Of a stretch of 64,000 nt of DNA, positions 1 to 12,860 are shown piece by piece. The notes beneath the pieces were generated by a model, which was not told the origin of the DNA, searched no databases, and saw nothing but the letters and a program-made list of their open reading frames with translations. Position numbers and translations under genes: made by a program. How positions within the stretch are numbered: position 1 is the stretch's first letter; each line of letters begins with the position of its first letter. This stretch comes from an uncultured Acidobacteriota bacterium (lineage in GTDB: Bacteria > Acidobacteriota > UBA6911): NCBI GenBank assembly GCA_963827655.1, contig CAWHCF010000020.1, positions 96,001 through 160,000 on the forward strand, given 5' to 3'.

Positions 1-111
1 GAGCAATACGAAAAAGCGGATGGAATGTTTGTGTTCCGCCCGCGCGTGGTTTTCGCCTGGAAGCAATTCCCCAAGGATGCCACGCGCTGGCGTTTCCAGA
101 ACGAACGCTGA
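1..111 (+). CDS. 3' end of a CDS, possibly pyridoxamine 5'-phosphate oxidase-like FMN-binding protein (partial)
   Basis: Frame 1 reads [36 protein letters not shown]; the 'P..vfaW..F...ATRW.F' tail resembles that family. Confidence 0.4.
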   Translation, partial: EQYEKADGMFVFRPRVVFAWKQFPKDATRWRFQNER

Positions 112-208
112 GTCGGCGGTCCATAATCACGGTAAGTAACGTATTGGGCAGAGCTCCAGGATGGCAAGTCGAATCCCTGGCCGTCGCAAAACCTCCCGAT
201 ACATAGTG

Positions 209-232
209 CGGACGGGCTATCAAGCCCGTCCG
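209..232. repeat. perfect 10-bp hairpin (REP-like or terminator)
   Basis: CGGACGGGCT-ATCA-AGCCCGTCCG between convergent genes. Confidence 0.45.
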
Positions 233-546
233 ACCTACCCAGTGGCACAAATGAGCTTTTCACGGTCATCGCTCATTGCGTCATGATTGTCGAGTCTGTC
301 ATTGCAATAGCGCGTCTGCGGGCCGGGATTGCACGCTCAGTCCGACTCCGACGGACCGGCTACTCCCATGAATGACACATGGCGCTCGTCAAACCTGACC
401 AATGGCTTATGACCGGCCAACGACCTTGAAGGCTAGATCCTGCCCATCGCGGTACTTGCGACGGGTCTGATGACCGTCGCCACATAAGGCTTGGGAAGTG
501 TCTGAGCCGCATTCCACTCACCCCATTTTTCGATCGAATCGGAAAC

Positions 547-1227
547 TCAAACTTCGGGAGTGAGCCCCAGAACGATGTCGAATCGAGCGGCAAGCTCGCC
601 GATGCGCGACCCTTTAATCGGGGCGAAATCCACGATAATGGCGTCGCGCTCCTTCGGGTCTTTGACTCCCTTCAGGACACCGTCGCGGTCGTTAAACGGC
701 TCCCCCTTGACGTAGCACTGAGTCGTCCACTTCTCGCGGCCCTTCATCTTGAGGGCGAAATGGATGTGCCGTGTGCGGTTCTGATAAAGCACGGGCTTGA
801 TCGTGCGGAAATAGTATTCGCCCGACGAGGCGGTCATAAAGCGGCCGAACCCCTGAAAGCACTTGTCGCGTGCGGCAGGATTGTTGGTGCCACTGTGCAG
901 GTAGACGCCGTTGTTGTCCACCTGCCAGATCTCGACCATCACATTGCGGATCGGGTGGCCCTTCGCGTCAAGGACGCGTCCGGTCAGGTGGGTGATTTCA
1001 CCGACCGCGGGGGTGATGCCGTCATTGATAACGAGCAGATCATTGTCCGTGTCGAGCGGGAGGTGGTCGGGATAGAACGGCCCCTCCGTCTGCCGTGGCG
1101 TCAGGACGAGTTGTTCGGCAAACAGGCCGGGTACGCCGAAAAGGCTGTCTACTGAGATGGCCGCGGCTCCGAAAGTCGCGCCCCGAAGAAATCGGCGGCG
1201 GCTCTGCAGCAGGATTGATTCATTCAT
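547..1227 (-). CDS. intradiol ring-cleavage dioxygenase (protocatechuate 3,4-dioxygenase-like), Tat signal
   Basis: SRRRFL Tat motif; TEGPFYP, VEIWQ.D..G.Y, GFGR, Y.FRTIKP.LY, HIHF (Tyr/Tyr/His/His iron ligands). Confidence 0.85.
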   Translation of the reverse strand: MNESILLQSRRRFLRGATFGAAAISVDSLFGVPGLFAEQLVLTPRQTEGPFYPDHLPLDTDNDLLVINDGITPAVGEITHLTGRVLDAKGHPIRNVMVEIWQVDNNGVYLHSGTNNPAARDKCFQGFGRFMTASSGEYYFRTIKPVLYQNRTRHIHFALKMKGREKWTTQCYVKGEPFNDRDGVLKGVKDPKERDAIIVDFAPIKGSRIGELAARFDIVLGLTPEV

Positions 1228-1392
1228 GACCGTTCTCCTTCGTAAAAAGTTGCCTTATAGTGCCGGCCTGCTCAATGAATTCCGCTAAGATATCACACTC
1301 ACGGACCCACTACCACAAGACGCGAAGACTCGAAGAAACGCCCAGAGCGCTTTTGACACTGCAAACAGCTTAACCGGCCGCAAATCTCAGCG

Positions 1393-2940
1393 CTACGGGC
1401 GCGCAGGGGGTTGGCCGGCCTGAACTCGACTATGCTTTGATCCGTACGCGAAGTACACGACGAAACCGATCACCAGCCAGACTATAAGGCGGAGCCACGT
1501 GTCGCCGGGCAGCCCCAGCATCATCAGCAAGGAGATGACGATTCCCAGGATCGGCACCAATGGCACCATAGGCGTCTTGAATGGGCGGTGGAGATCGGGG
1601 TTTGTCCTGCGCAGCGCCCAGATGCCGCCGCACACGATCACGAATGCCAGCAGCGTGCCGATGCTGACGAGCTCACCCAGAATAGCGATCGGGACGATCG
1701 AAGCGAAAAACGCCACGAAGAAACCGACAACCAGCGACGAGATCCAGGGTGTCCGGAAACGCGGATGCACCTTGCTCGCCCATGTCGGCAACAGGCCGTC
1801 GCGCGACATCGAGAAGAAGACGCGCGATTGTCCCAGCAACATCACCACCATCGTGCTGCTCAGACCGGCTATCGCTCCCAGTTTCACGAGAAAACTACCC
1901 CAGCGCACACCGGTCTTGTCGATGCCGATCGCGATTGGATCCGGCACGTTGAGCTGACGGAAGTTGATCAGACCGGTAAGAACCACGGCAACCAGGATGT
2001 AGACGACCGTGCAGATCGCCAGGGACCCCAGGATTCCGATGGGCATGTCTTTTTGAGGCTGCCTGGCTTCTTGAGCCGCCGTGGACACTGCATCGAATCC
2101 GATATAGGCAAAGAAAATCACGCCCGCGGCGCGAACGATACCGCTCAGTCCGTATGACCCGAAACTCCCTTCGTTAGGCGGAATGAACGGCGTCCAATTG
2201 GTGGAAGCGAGGTCGGTGTTCTTTAACAGGTAATTCGTACCGAGTCCGATAAAGATTATCAGGACTGCAACCTTCACGATCACGATCAAGGTATTGAAGT
2301 TGGCCGATTCCTTGATTCCGATGATCAGAATCGCGGTCACGATCATGATCCCGATGAAAGCAACCAGGTTGAAGATGCCAGTGACATGCGGGAGGCTCGA
2401 AATATCGACGCCGGCCGCATCGAGCGTCGGCTTGATGCGCGTAAGGTGCTCCCAGCGGTCTGCGTAGAGCACAAACTCTGTGCCGGGTGTGCCCGTAAGC
2501 TGGGGAGGTATCTTTATGCCGAAATCCTGCAGGAAGCTCAGGACGTAACCGCTCCATCCCGAAGCCACCGTGGCGGCGCCGAACGCGTATTCCAGGATCA
2601 GGTCCCAGCCGATGATCCAGGCGATGAACTCGCCGAGCGTGGCGTAGCCGTAGGTGTATGCCGATCCGGCCACCGGAATCATGGAGGCAAACTCGGCATA
2701 ACACAGGCCGGCGAAGATGCACCCGACCGCCGCCAGGACGAACGACAGCACGATGGCAGGCCCGGCATATTGGGCCGCGGCCGCACCCGTCAGAACGAAG
2801 ATGCCGGTCCCGATGATTGCGCCGATGCCGAGGGACATCAGGTTCCATGGGCCGAGGGCGCGCCTGAGGCTGTGTTCGCCGGTTTCCTCAGCCTCCGACA
2901 GGATCAGGTTGAGCGGTTTCTTTGCCATTAAGTTGGGCAT
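1393..2940 (-). CDS. APC-family amino acid permease
   Basis: GIGAIIGTGIFV, CYAEFASMIPVAGSAYTY, FFAYIGFD motifs; many TM segments. Confidence 0.92.
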   Translation of the reverse strand: MPNLMAKKPLNLILSEAEETGEHSLRRALGPWNLMSLGIGAIIGTGIFVLTGAAAAQYAGPAIVLSFVLAAVGCIFAGLCYAEFASMIPVAGSAYTYGYATLGEFIAWIIGWDLILEYAFGAATVASGWSGYVLSFLQDFGIKIPPQLTGTPGTEFVLYADRWEHLTRIKPTLDAAGVDISSLPHVTGIFNLVAFIGIMIVTAILIIGIKESANFNTLIVIVKVAVLIIFIGLGTNYLLKNTDLASTNWTPFIPPNEGSFGSYGLSGIVRAAGVIFFAYIGFDAVSTAAQEARQPQKDMPIGILGSLAICTVVYILVAVVLTGLINFRQLNVPDPIAIGIDKTGVRWGSFLVKLGAIAGLSSTMVVMLLGQSRVFFSMSRDGLLPTWASKVHPRFRTPWISSLVVGFFVAFFASIVPIAILGELVSIGTLLAFVIVCGGIWALRRTNPDLHRPFKTPMVPLVPILGIVISLLMMLGLPGDTWLRLIVWLVIGFVVYFAYGSKHSRVQAGQPPARP

Positions 2941-3018
2941 TCAGTTTCTTCCCTCCTGGAAGATCGACGCTTCAAGGCCGCCAAGTGTGGGTTCTTGGGT
3001 GTGGCTGGTGGCTGCAGC

Positions 3019-3047
3019 CGAATGTGAAACTATTTCTGCGCGAATCC
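3019..3047. mobile_element. solo, degenerate end of the MITE family seen at 52320 and 60226
   Basis: CGAATGTGAAACTATTTCTGCGCGAATCC followed by TAA matches the right TIR plus target. Confidence 0.55.
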
Positions 3048-3193
3048 TAAGCTTAACACTTCGACGTCGCAAGGAAGTACACCTGAATCGCTCGACAGAC
3101 AATCCTTTATTTCGGCTGGGGTTCCTGAACCTGCCTGAATCTGCTACCACCGCTTGGGTGGATCCAGGATTCAGGCGGCTACCCGCCCGGATC

Positions 3194-4795
<1,602 letters not shown>

Positions 4796-5022
4796 TTTGC
4801 CACCTCCGTGAAGACCCGGACCACCGCTCGACCTGACGGTTACGAACGGCGTTTACTCGCGATGGAATCATTGGCTTCGGACCGTGAGTGTCCCAATACA
4901 CCCGTCGAGCGTGCAAAGTCAAGCACTCTGGGACCAACAGACTCTGGAACCGGTTCTTCCCCGGCTATACACCTGAAGTGGAGAAACAAAGGCATCTCGT
5001 GATTGTGTCGAAGCGGGGCGGT

Positions 5023-5334
5023 TTATCCGCCTTGTTTGGAAGGAGGCAGGCGATCGGTCCAGTAATTGGGGCGGCGGCTCTGATGTGCTATGGCAAGAAC
5101 GATCAGTTCGCCTTGCTGAATCATGTACAAAATACTGTATGGGAAGCGCGCAAGCACTTTCCGTCGCACGCTGTGTTCACCGGCCGCCGCAATTTCTGGA
5201 AACTCCTCGATGTATTCAACGGCCGAGAGGACTTCGGCGAGCAATCGGTCTCCTAGCCCTTCGGTCGCTGAATCGTAATACTCTACCGCCTCGGTAAGTT
5301 CCACCTCAGCGGCTTCGTGAAAGCGCGACTTCAT
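5023..5334 (-). CDS. type II TA toxin, RelE/ParE family
   Basis: MKSRFHEAAEVELTEAVEYY...RFPYSILY...LAIAHQSRRPNYW; ATG overlaps the antitoxin TGA (ATGA). Confidence 0.85.
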   Translation of the reverse strand: MKSRFHEAAEVELTEAVEYYDSATEGLGDRLLAEVLSAVEYIEEFPEIAAAGEHSVRRKVLARFPYSILYMIQQGELIVLAIAHQSRRPNYWTDRLPPSKQGG

Positions 5335-5564
5335 CGCCGACGGCGCGCTTTCAACTTGGAAAATACCTCTTCCGAAGGAATCGACCTGGCCGTCCGCGCC
5401 CTGAGCTGCTGATAACGCCTGGCCGCTTCCTGCTCCCACAAGCGCTCGTTCTCCTCAGGACTGATTCCATCTAGACTCTCAAGCAGTCGTTTGGCGAGGG
5501 CGGCGCGCGACTCGACCGTGAGTTGGAGCGCTTCGGCAGCGATGTCTTCGAGTTTTCTGTTCAT
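5331..5564 (-). CDS. addiction module antitoxin (TIGR02574/Unstab_antitox-like)
   Basis: EALQLTVESRAALAKRLLESLD...WEQEAARRY...IPSEEVF; directly upstream of the ParE-like toxin. Confidence 0.8.
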   Translation of the reverse strand: MNRKLEDIAAEALQLTVESRAALAKRLLESLDGISPEENERLWEQEAARRYQQLRARTARSIPSEEVFSKLKARRRR

Positions 5565-5621
5565 TGCTGTTGAAGTCCTTGGTGTTTCTTCGTGTCTTTG
5601 TGTCCTCGTGGTATTTGTTTC

Positions 5622-8600
5622 TCAACGCAACCGGCTCGCGTCCCGCGCCCAGCGTTTGAGAATCTCGTGTCCGCGGTCGCCGGGTTTGTAGCGCATGCCT
5701 CCCTGGTGGCCGTCCTCCTGTCCGGTTTGAATATTCAGGGGCTTCCGCAGCACCTTGCTCTGCTCGACGTCATCGAGGTTGATCCGGTCGAGAAGCGTGC
5801 GGTAGTTCTTCCAGGCGTCTTGAGCCGACAGGAAGGCAGTCCGGCGGGCCGGCGACGACGAGCTCCATCGAGGGCACACGGCCTGCGCCGTGGCACGAGA
5901 AACACGACTGGCCGTCGTCGCGGTTCTCCCGGTTCAGCTCCGGGATGACGTGATCGAAGAAGTAAGTGAAATTGCGCACCCGCTCCGGCGTCAGAGCCAG
6001 CTTCGGCTGGACGGGATCCCGCTCGACGGCCTCGCGCAACTCGCTGTCGAACGCCGGCGCAAGCATTCGTTTTGCTTCGCCGGCGTTGACACGGCTCGAG
6101 GCGGTGATCACCTCCGGCTGCGAGCGCAACTCGGGCTGGGTCAGCATGCGAACCGCGAGATCGCGCAGCCGGCGGTCCACGTCCGGCGAGAGATTCCTGA
6201 GGTAAAGGTCCAACGCGAAGCGGCGCAGTTCGGCGCGGCCCTCAGGCAAGGGCTTCTGGCCGACCTCGGGAACCGGCGTATCGAAGGTCAGCATCCAGCC
6301 GGCGCTCGCCAGCCAGAAATATTCCTCCAGCGGGTTCGGGAAGGTCTTGGGAACCATCGACAGCAGCGTGTCGGTCCGCATGTCGGGATTGGCTGCAAGC
6401 ACGCCCCCAAGCTGCTCGGCAAGAAACCACTGGGCGTCGTCCTTCGGGTCGTCGAGCCTGGGAATCAGCAGGCTGAAGAACGCGCGCCGGCGATCTTCCG
6501 ACGACGGTATGTCCCAGCGCGCTTGAGTAAGCTGGCGGATCACGGTGCGCGCGGTCTGCTGCCGGGTTTTCTCGTCTGCGGCGCCGCGATACACGCGCTC
6601 CATCAGCGGCTCGACGAACTCCGGCGCTGTGGGAAAAAGCACCGCGCGCGGATCGGAAATCGAAGTCGAGGCGATGGACCGAAACTTTTCCGGACCCTTG
6701 ACGGCGTAGTGCAGAAGCTTCTTCTGAACTCCTTCCTGCACCACGTTGGCCGAGGCTTCGATCGCCAGCTGAACCGCTCTTGGATCATCCGCTCGTTCCG
6801 CCCGTTCCCAGTAATCGAGGACCGCCTTGCCGACCATGGCGGAGGCGTGCGGCGTCGCGTATCCCATCGGACCGGTGCCGTTGCTGCCGAAGGCGGCGTT
6901 GTAATAGGTCGCCGCCACGCCGACCACCCGCTCGCCGATCCGGCTGCCGGCATCGGCCGCGAGCCGGGCCGCGACCGCCTGGAACAGATCCGCGAGCTCC
7001 GGATAGGGATGGTCGTAGTTGGCGCTGGCCCGGTTTCCGTTCACGATGAACAGTGCCTGCAGCTGATACCGCTTTGCGTTCTCGGCCAGAACCGAAGGCT
7101 CGGGGGTTTCCAGCATGGTCAGGAAAGCCTGATTGAGCCGCGGGCGAATGGGCGGATTCCACAGCCACCAGTTCCACGCCGCCCGGGCGGCCCACGCCCT
7201 CACGGCAGGGTTCGGATCCGCGCTCATCATGCGGTCCAGCATGCCGGCCAGCCGCTCGAAATCCACGACCGGAGCGCGGCATCACGGCGCCGGCACGCAT
7301 CACCAGCGCGGCCGCCATTTGCTCGCGCGCCAGGTCGCCGCCGCGTCCGTAGGCGGCCAGGATCTGCTCCCAGCCCTTATCGTCGAGCAGGGTCTGGCGC
7401 ATCCCCCAGCGCGCCGCCTCGCGTACCATCTTGACCGGATCGCCCAGCCCCTTGACGAGCGCGGGGACGGCCTTTTCACTGTGGCGCGCGCCCAGGGCCA
7501 CCATCGCCCAGTAACGGACGGCCGGGCTGGCATGGGTCGCGCCCGCCAGCATGAGATCGAGATGCTTCTCCGCCGGCTCCGTGCTCGACACAGCGCTCCA
7601 GGGTTCCAGGTGCGCCAGCATGCGCATGCGCGCGACGGTGTCCTGCAGCGACTCGCCGCTCCTGGGCTCGAAATCATCCGCCGGCGTTAATTCCGGCTCG
7701 TCCGGAACCAGGCGCCCGAGCGTGTTGAGGACGTAAGCGGTCGTGACGAAGCCGGTCTTGGCCGACCGATTCCAGCGGCCGTACGGGTCCTGCAGGCGCA
7801 GCAGCGCCTGAACGCCTCGGGCGATCACGGGATCCTTCTGGTCTACGCCGAGCGACACCAGCGCATCCAGCGCCAGCGCGGTCGGGGCCGGGTCGGGCGA
7901 CGCATCGACGGTCCCGGGAGCGAATCCCCAGGCGCCGTCTTCCCGCTGCGAGGCGCAGAGCGCGCGCTTGTCCTCCTCGAGCTGGCGCTGCGCGCGCTCC
8001 ACCAGCGCTTGAGCCGCGGCGGCGCCGCCTTTCAGCTTGACGAAGTCGGCCGGAAACACCCGGCGGAAAAACAGGACGCGGTGCGCGATGTCGTCGGTAA
8101 ACTTCGGCTTCACGCCCAGAATTTTCTCCGCCCGTTCCTCGATCCCGGCGAGATAGCGGGGATCAGCGGTCCGGTCCCACGCGGTTCGCAGAATCTCGGC
8201 CGCATAATGAATCACCACCGCCTGTCCGACGTTCGAGCCTTTCCCGGCGGCGTTGATGCCGCCCGGGTCGGACGTCTGGAGCACGTAGTTAGCCGTGCGA
8301 ATCTGCTGCGCCGAATGCAGCTTGCGCGGCGCGATTACGGCTTCCACCGTCCTCACGTTGTGTCCTGCCACGCGCGTGCCCGCCGGACCGTCGCCCAGGT
8401 CGTGAGGCGGCAGACTGGTATTGTTCGCGGCGTCCTTGAGCACGTTGGTCGGCCGCAAGGATTCGTACATCAGGTTCATCAGGTGGCGATAGTTGCCGAC
8501 GTTCTCGACCCGGTAACCGAAGGCAATCGGCACCGCCGGCCCCCAGGCGCCGGATTGCGTGTGGCAGCTGACGCAATTACTGCCGTACATGCTGCCCGTA

Positions 8601-9646
8601 TCACGCAGGCGCCGGTCCAGGCTGTTGCCGCGCGGCCGGTTCAACAGCCACGCATCAACCTGGGAGATATGGTCGTACATCCCCTGCCGCACCGCTTCGC
8701 GGACATTCGTGTAAGGGGCCGGCCGCCGGATGCGCAGTTCCAGATCGTATCCGGGGGAGTTGGCCTCCACGCGCAGGAAATAGGAGCCCCCGGGTTTGAG
8801 CAGCCGGACGATCGCGGTCCGGTGCTCTTCCGTCTGCTCGTGCACGGTTTCGTTGGCGTTTTTTCCTTCCGTGTATTCCTTGGAGTCCGCGGTGTAGAAG
8901 CGCAGGCGCGCGGTCACGAAGGGATCCGTAGGCACCATGTTGCAGGTCAGCAAGCGGGGCTCGGAACCACTGAAGTCGATCCGGTACCAGTCGTCACCCG
9001 ACTCGCCGTAGCGTCCGTTGTCGAAATACTCGATGTCATCGGAGCTTCCCGTGACGCGAATCGCCTGATCGCCATCTCCCGGCTGGAACGGGACCGGCTG
9101 CGCCTGCCGGATTGAGTTGTTCGGCTCCGTCTCGAGGATCAAGCCGCGGGTCGCCTGGCCCAAGGTTATCGGCCGGACCAGAATGCGCAGAGGGACTCGG
9201 GCGCCGGCCGTCCAGGGCGTGTGCTTCGGGAACGGCTTCATCTCCGCGACGATCCCGTTCTCGCGCCAGCGGGGCGTATTGAACAGGGGCTCTTCGTTCT
9301 CGACGGCGTGAAACGAGATCGTGTATTTGCCCGTCTCCGGCGCCCGGTAGAGGGTGTGCACATCAGGGTCAAGCGCGTGCAGCACTTTGCGGAATCCGGC
9401 GTCCGGACCCGGAGCGCCCCATTCGATCGCGATCCGGCCGTTGTCCGGAAGCTGCGAAGGGGACTCGATCCCGGCGGAGATTTCAACCGTGTCTCCGGCG
9501 TTGAGTTGAAGCGTCCGGGAGAGCGAACCGGAGAACTGAAGCCGCTGATCGATTCCGCGGGGTGCGGCGCCACGGCCTCCGACCGGCAGCCAGGAGAGAA
9601 GCAGCGCCACGGCACAGGAAAGCAGAAACACACGAGGCTTGCGCAT
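5622..9646 (-). CDS. large secreted multidomain protein (PPC-like domain, two CxxCH hemes, prenyltransferase/squalene-cyclase-like repeats, HEAT repeats); two frameshifts (~7270, ~5850)
   Basis: Signal peptide MRKPRVFLL with RBS GAGGGG; ETEPNN; CVSCH; QREDGAW/QDPYGRW; HEAT motif LVKGLGDP..MVREAA; C-terminal CFSCH...HQGG; joins ORFs 6785-9703, 5770-7266 and 5622-5879. Confidence 0.7.
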
Positions 9647-9650
9647 GACG

Positions 9651-10805
9651 TTATCCCCTCCCTGTTCCGAGGAAATATTCGAAGAAGAGACAGATCTGCT
9701 CACTCGCTTCCGGGGAAATCCTGTGCTCCGGGCGATTCGACATCCCGACGCGATTCTCGTATCCGAGCAGACGGTTCACCGCCACGGTGTGGTTCAGCGC
9801 CTTCCAGCGCTCCGGTTGGTCCTCGGAGCCGCCGGATACGAAGAACGGCCGGGGCGCGATCAGCGCATGGAGTTCATGGAGATCATAACCTTTCTCCATC
9901 ATGGTCTTGTACGGACCGATTCGCGGATGCTTCTCGGTCAGGACGCCGCGGGGCCGGAACTCACGAGCCGGCGCATAACCGAGGTACCAGGGCTCCCAGT
10001 AATTCACGTTGGGACGCGTCTCGTCAAAAACGATGCCGGGGTCGGAGACGCAGACGGCCGCGAACTTCTCGGACAGCGCGCCGGCAAACAACGCCCACTT
10101 CCCTCCATAGGAGTGCCCCACCACGCCGATTCGCTTCGGATCCACCTCCGGGCGCTGAGCCAGCCAGGTGGCGGCGTTGGCCGCAACGTACGCCAGGTAA
10201 GAAAGCGGTTGAAGCTGCGCCTTATCCCATGCCGGATAGTAGAGGTCGGCGTCGGGGCGGGGCGCCGTGGGGTTCTGTCCCAGGCACAGGGCGGCGAACC
10301 CGCGCTTGACCATCTGGTAACCGAAGTCGTTCTGCTGACGGCGGTCGGGCTTGATTCCCGCGCCGTCCTCGGGATAGTAGAAGACGTCGAGCACGGCAGG
10401 GAACGGGCCCGTTCCTTCCGGAGTCAACAGGTACGCCGCGGTCTTCCGTCCCGGAGCGATCTCGAGATCGATCCGGCGCCGGACGAAGCCTTCGGTGGTG
10501 TCGCGCCACTGTTCCTGGCCGTGGGGCTTCTCGAGGAGGGGCGGCCACTGCCCGAGGAGCCCGTGCCATTTTTTGAGGAGCTCCTTGCGCCGTTCCTGCC
10601 AGTCTTCCTTCGTCTGAACCCGGCGTCCTTCTTCAAACTGGAGTACCGGACGGAAGGTCCCGAGGTCATCCTTGAACTTTGCCGGCGCGCTAAAGAGAAA
10701 CTCGATCTTCTGCCAGACTTCCTTTGCCGGCGGCGTGTGCTGGACGGGTCCCCAGGCAGCTGCAAGCGTGGAGAAGAGAATTACGATGGGCAGACAGCGG
10801 ATCAT
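9651..10805 (-). CDS. secreted alpha/beta hydrolase (dienelactone hydrolase / acetylxylan-esterase-like)
   Basis: Signal peptide; RIGVVGHSYGGK nucleophile elbow; LHALIAPRPF; start placed at MIRCLP. Confidence 0.8.
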   Translation of the reverse strand: MIRCLPIVILFSTLAAAWGPVQHTPPAKEVWQKIEFLFSAPAKFKDDLGTFRPVLQFEEGRRVQTKEDWQERRKELLKKWHGLLGQWPPLLEKPHGQEQWRDTTEGFVRRRIDLEIAPGRKTAAYLLTPEGTGPFPAVLDVFYYPEDGAGIKPDRRQQNDFGYQMVKRGFAALCLGQNPTAPRPDADLYYPAWDKAQLQPLSYLAYVAANAATWLAQRPEVDPKRIGVVGHSYGGKWALFAGALSEKFAAVCVSDPGIVFDETRPNVNYWEPWYLGYAPAREFRPRGVLTEKHPRIGPYKTMMEKGYDLHELHALIAPRPFFVSGGSEDQPERWKALNHTVAVNRLLGYENRVGMSNRPEHRISPEASEQICLFFEYFLGTGRG

Positions 10806-11062
10806 GGGTCCATCATAACGCAACTTCGTCAGACCCGATCTTTCAAGGAGTGTTTGATCGGTGCTTGCTCTGGACGTTAAACGCATCTTGTATTGGTCCA
10901 GTTCGAACGGTGACGCCAGCTCGCGCCTGAAGCGCGAAGGAGATTAGCCGGAGGCAAGCGAAGCGCTGCTCCCGGTCAAGATTCCAGGCGAAGAGACGCG
11001 CCAGCAAGGGCGCTGGACGCGGCCCATTACACGAGGCTTCAGCGGCGCACAACTTTAAACTC

Positions 11063-11546
11063 CTAAACGGGCTGCGCTAATCCTTGCGCGGGGTATTTCC
11101 GTCGCCCGCTCCGGGGCGAAATGCCGCTGATCTTGCGTGGTGGGTTTAGTGCAGTTTTAAGCCCTTTGGCCTTCGTCAGCTTGAAATCTCCGTTCCGACC
11201 GGAACGGTTCCAGCTTCCGGTCATCGTGTCCTTGTCCACCTTTCCTTCCACAGTGTAGTGTCGGTTTTTCGCCTTGTAGTCAACTTCGAACTTCACCGTC
11301 ATGGTCTTGGGATCATACGAGGCTTTATCGAGAGCGATTCCTTCCGGGCCCGGATTCACGGTCCCGGTCAGAGTCTTTCCGTCCCACTTGAGCTCCAACG
11401 TGGCCGGGTTACGATCGCTTGCGCTGGGTCCCCAATCCCCCTTCCAGGTTCCGGTCAGGGGGTCGGATCCCTGGAAAGCCGAGGAGCGGAATGCCCAGAC
11501 TGATAACGAGTGCAACGCCGATAGTGAGAACCATTCTTCCCTTCAT
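11063..11546 (-). CDS. small secreted hypothetical protein; frameshift in the signal peptide (~11485)
   Basis: AGGAGG RBS then MKGRMVLTIGVALVISLGIPLL, continuing in another frame as AFQGSDPLTGTWKGDWGP...GDFKLTK. Confidence 0.6.
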
Positions 11547-11684
11547 GGTTTCCTCCTGTTGTGCGTTTTCTCATTGCAGGTAATTACCATCAGGGTCAAA
11601 TCGTATTCCCCAAGACGAACAACCGCAACCTGTAAAGCAGCAGGCAGTACGCTGTAAGCAGCCAGGCGGTGTTTCCATCCGCGC

Positions 11685-12839
11685 CTACTGTTTACTGCTT
11701 ACTGTTGTGGTGAACAGAAGCGCGGCGAACTCGGCGAGGTTCCGGCGCCAGACCATCCAGGTGTGCGCGCCCGGGGTCTCGATCCCGTTATGCCGGATCT
11801 CTTTCGACTTGAGCCAGTCACGGAACTTCCGGCTTCCTTCGATGAGGCGATCCTCCGTGCCGCACGAAATCCAGAGGAGGCGCAGCTGCGGATTGGCTTT
11901 CGAATCGAGCGCCGGGAAGACCGCGTTGAAGTCCTCACCTATCCCGCCGGAGCTGAAAGCGCCGATCCAGGCGAAGCGCGGGAGCGCGTTCAGGCCGACA
12001 TAAAGAGATTCGGCGCCGCCCATGGACAGCCCGGCGATGGCGCGCGATTCACGGTCCTGCGAGACGCGATAAGCCTTCTCGACTTCCGGCATGACTTCGG
12101 TGAGCAGCGCGTCACGGAATTTTTCGAAACTCCGCTGGCGGAGCTTCGGGTCGCGCGTGGAGGGGCCACCGCGTGAGACATACTCCGGCACGCCATACCC
12201 CAGCGGCATCACGATGAGCATGGGCTTTGCCTTCCCGCGCGCGATGAGATTGTCCAGAATGACGTGAGCGCGCCCCACTGCGGTCCATCCGCTCGCGTCA
12301 TCGCTGAAGCCGTGCAGGAGGTAAAGGACAGGGTAAGGCTGGCCGGCTTTGGGATCGTACTTTGGAGGGGTGTAAACGTAATAGTCCCGTTCATCGCCCA
12401 CCACCCCCGATTTGTAGAAGTGCCGGTGGATCGTGCCGCGGGGAACGTCGTTGACCTCCCAGGGCAGGGACGGCGGGCCGGGCACATGGACGACGCTCTG
12501 GGTGTTGAGCAGGTTGGGCTTCATCATCCAATTGGAGGGATCGATCAGGTTAACGCCGTCGGCTACGAACGCGTACCCGTAAAAATCGGGCTCCAGCCTG
12601 TCGGTTGTGACACTCCAGACCCCCTGTTCGTCTTTCTGCATGGGCACGCGCTGAGCGCCCTCTCGGGCTAAAAGTACCTCCTTGGCCTGCGGAGCGCGGA
12701 AGCGGAACGTGACGCGTTGGTCCGAGTGCACCTCGGGAGACAGAAGCGCCGGAGGCTGCTGAGCCAGACCGGGAACGATTGCGGCCGCAAGACAGAGCAT
12801 ATTGAAAACTGTGGTGCCTCTTCGGAGATTTGGATTCAT
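11685..12839 (-). CDS. esterase (N-terminal Ig/CBM48-like domain plus enterochelin/feruloyl esterase domain)
   Basis: SPEVHSD.RVTFR, YPVLYLLHG, AIAGLSMGG, GAHTWMVWR; the ORF-track 5' extension runs through a repeat and was trimmed. Confidence 0.88.
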   Translation of the reverse strand: MNPNLRRGTTVFNMLCLAAAIVPGLAQQPPALLSPEVHSDQRVTFRFRAPQAKEVLLAREGAQRVPMQKDEQGVWSVTTDRLEPDFYGYAFVADGVNLIDPSNWMMKPNLLNTQSVVHVPGPPSLPWEVNDVPRGTIHRHFYKSGVVGDERDYYVYTPPKYDPKAGQPYPVLYLLHGFSDDASGWTAVGRAHVILDNLIARGKAKPMLIVMPLGYGVPEYVSRGGPSTRDPKLRQRSFEKFRDALLTEVMPEVEKAYRVSQDRESRAIAGLSMGGAESLYVGLNALPRFAWIGAFSSGGIGEDFNAVFPALDSKANPQLRLLWISCGTEDRLIEGSRKFRDWLKSKEIRHNGIETPGAHTWMVWRRNLAEFAALLFTTTVSSKQ

Positions 12840-12860
12840 AAGAGAGGAAATTCCATTCTT

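Noticed and set aside
112-546. Possible ncRNA or small ORF (360-593) in the intergenic region
   Set aside because: No recognisable RNA family signature or coding signal.
7700-8000. Squalene-hopene cyclase call for the large heme protein
   Set aside because: Only QW-like repeats are present, with no DxDD catalytic motif, and the protein has a signal peptide.
5890-10880. Long plus-strand ORFs (5890-7434, 8009-9115, 9221-10309, 9639-10880)
   Set aside because: These are antisense shadows of real high-GC genes and have no motifs.
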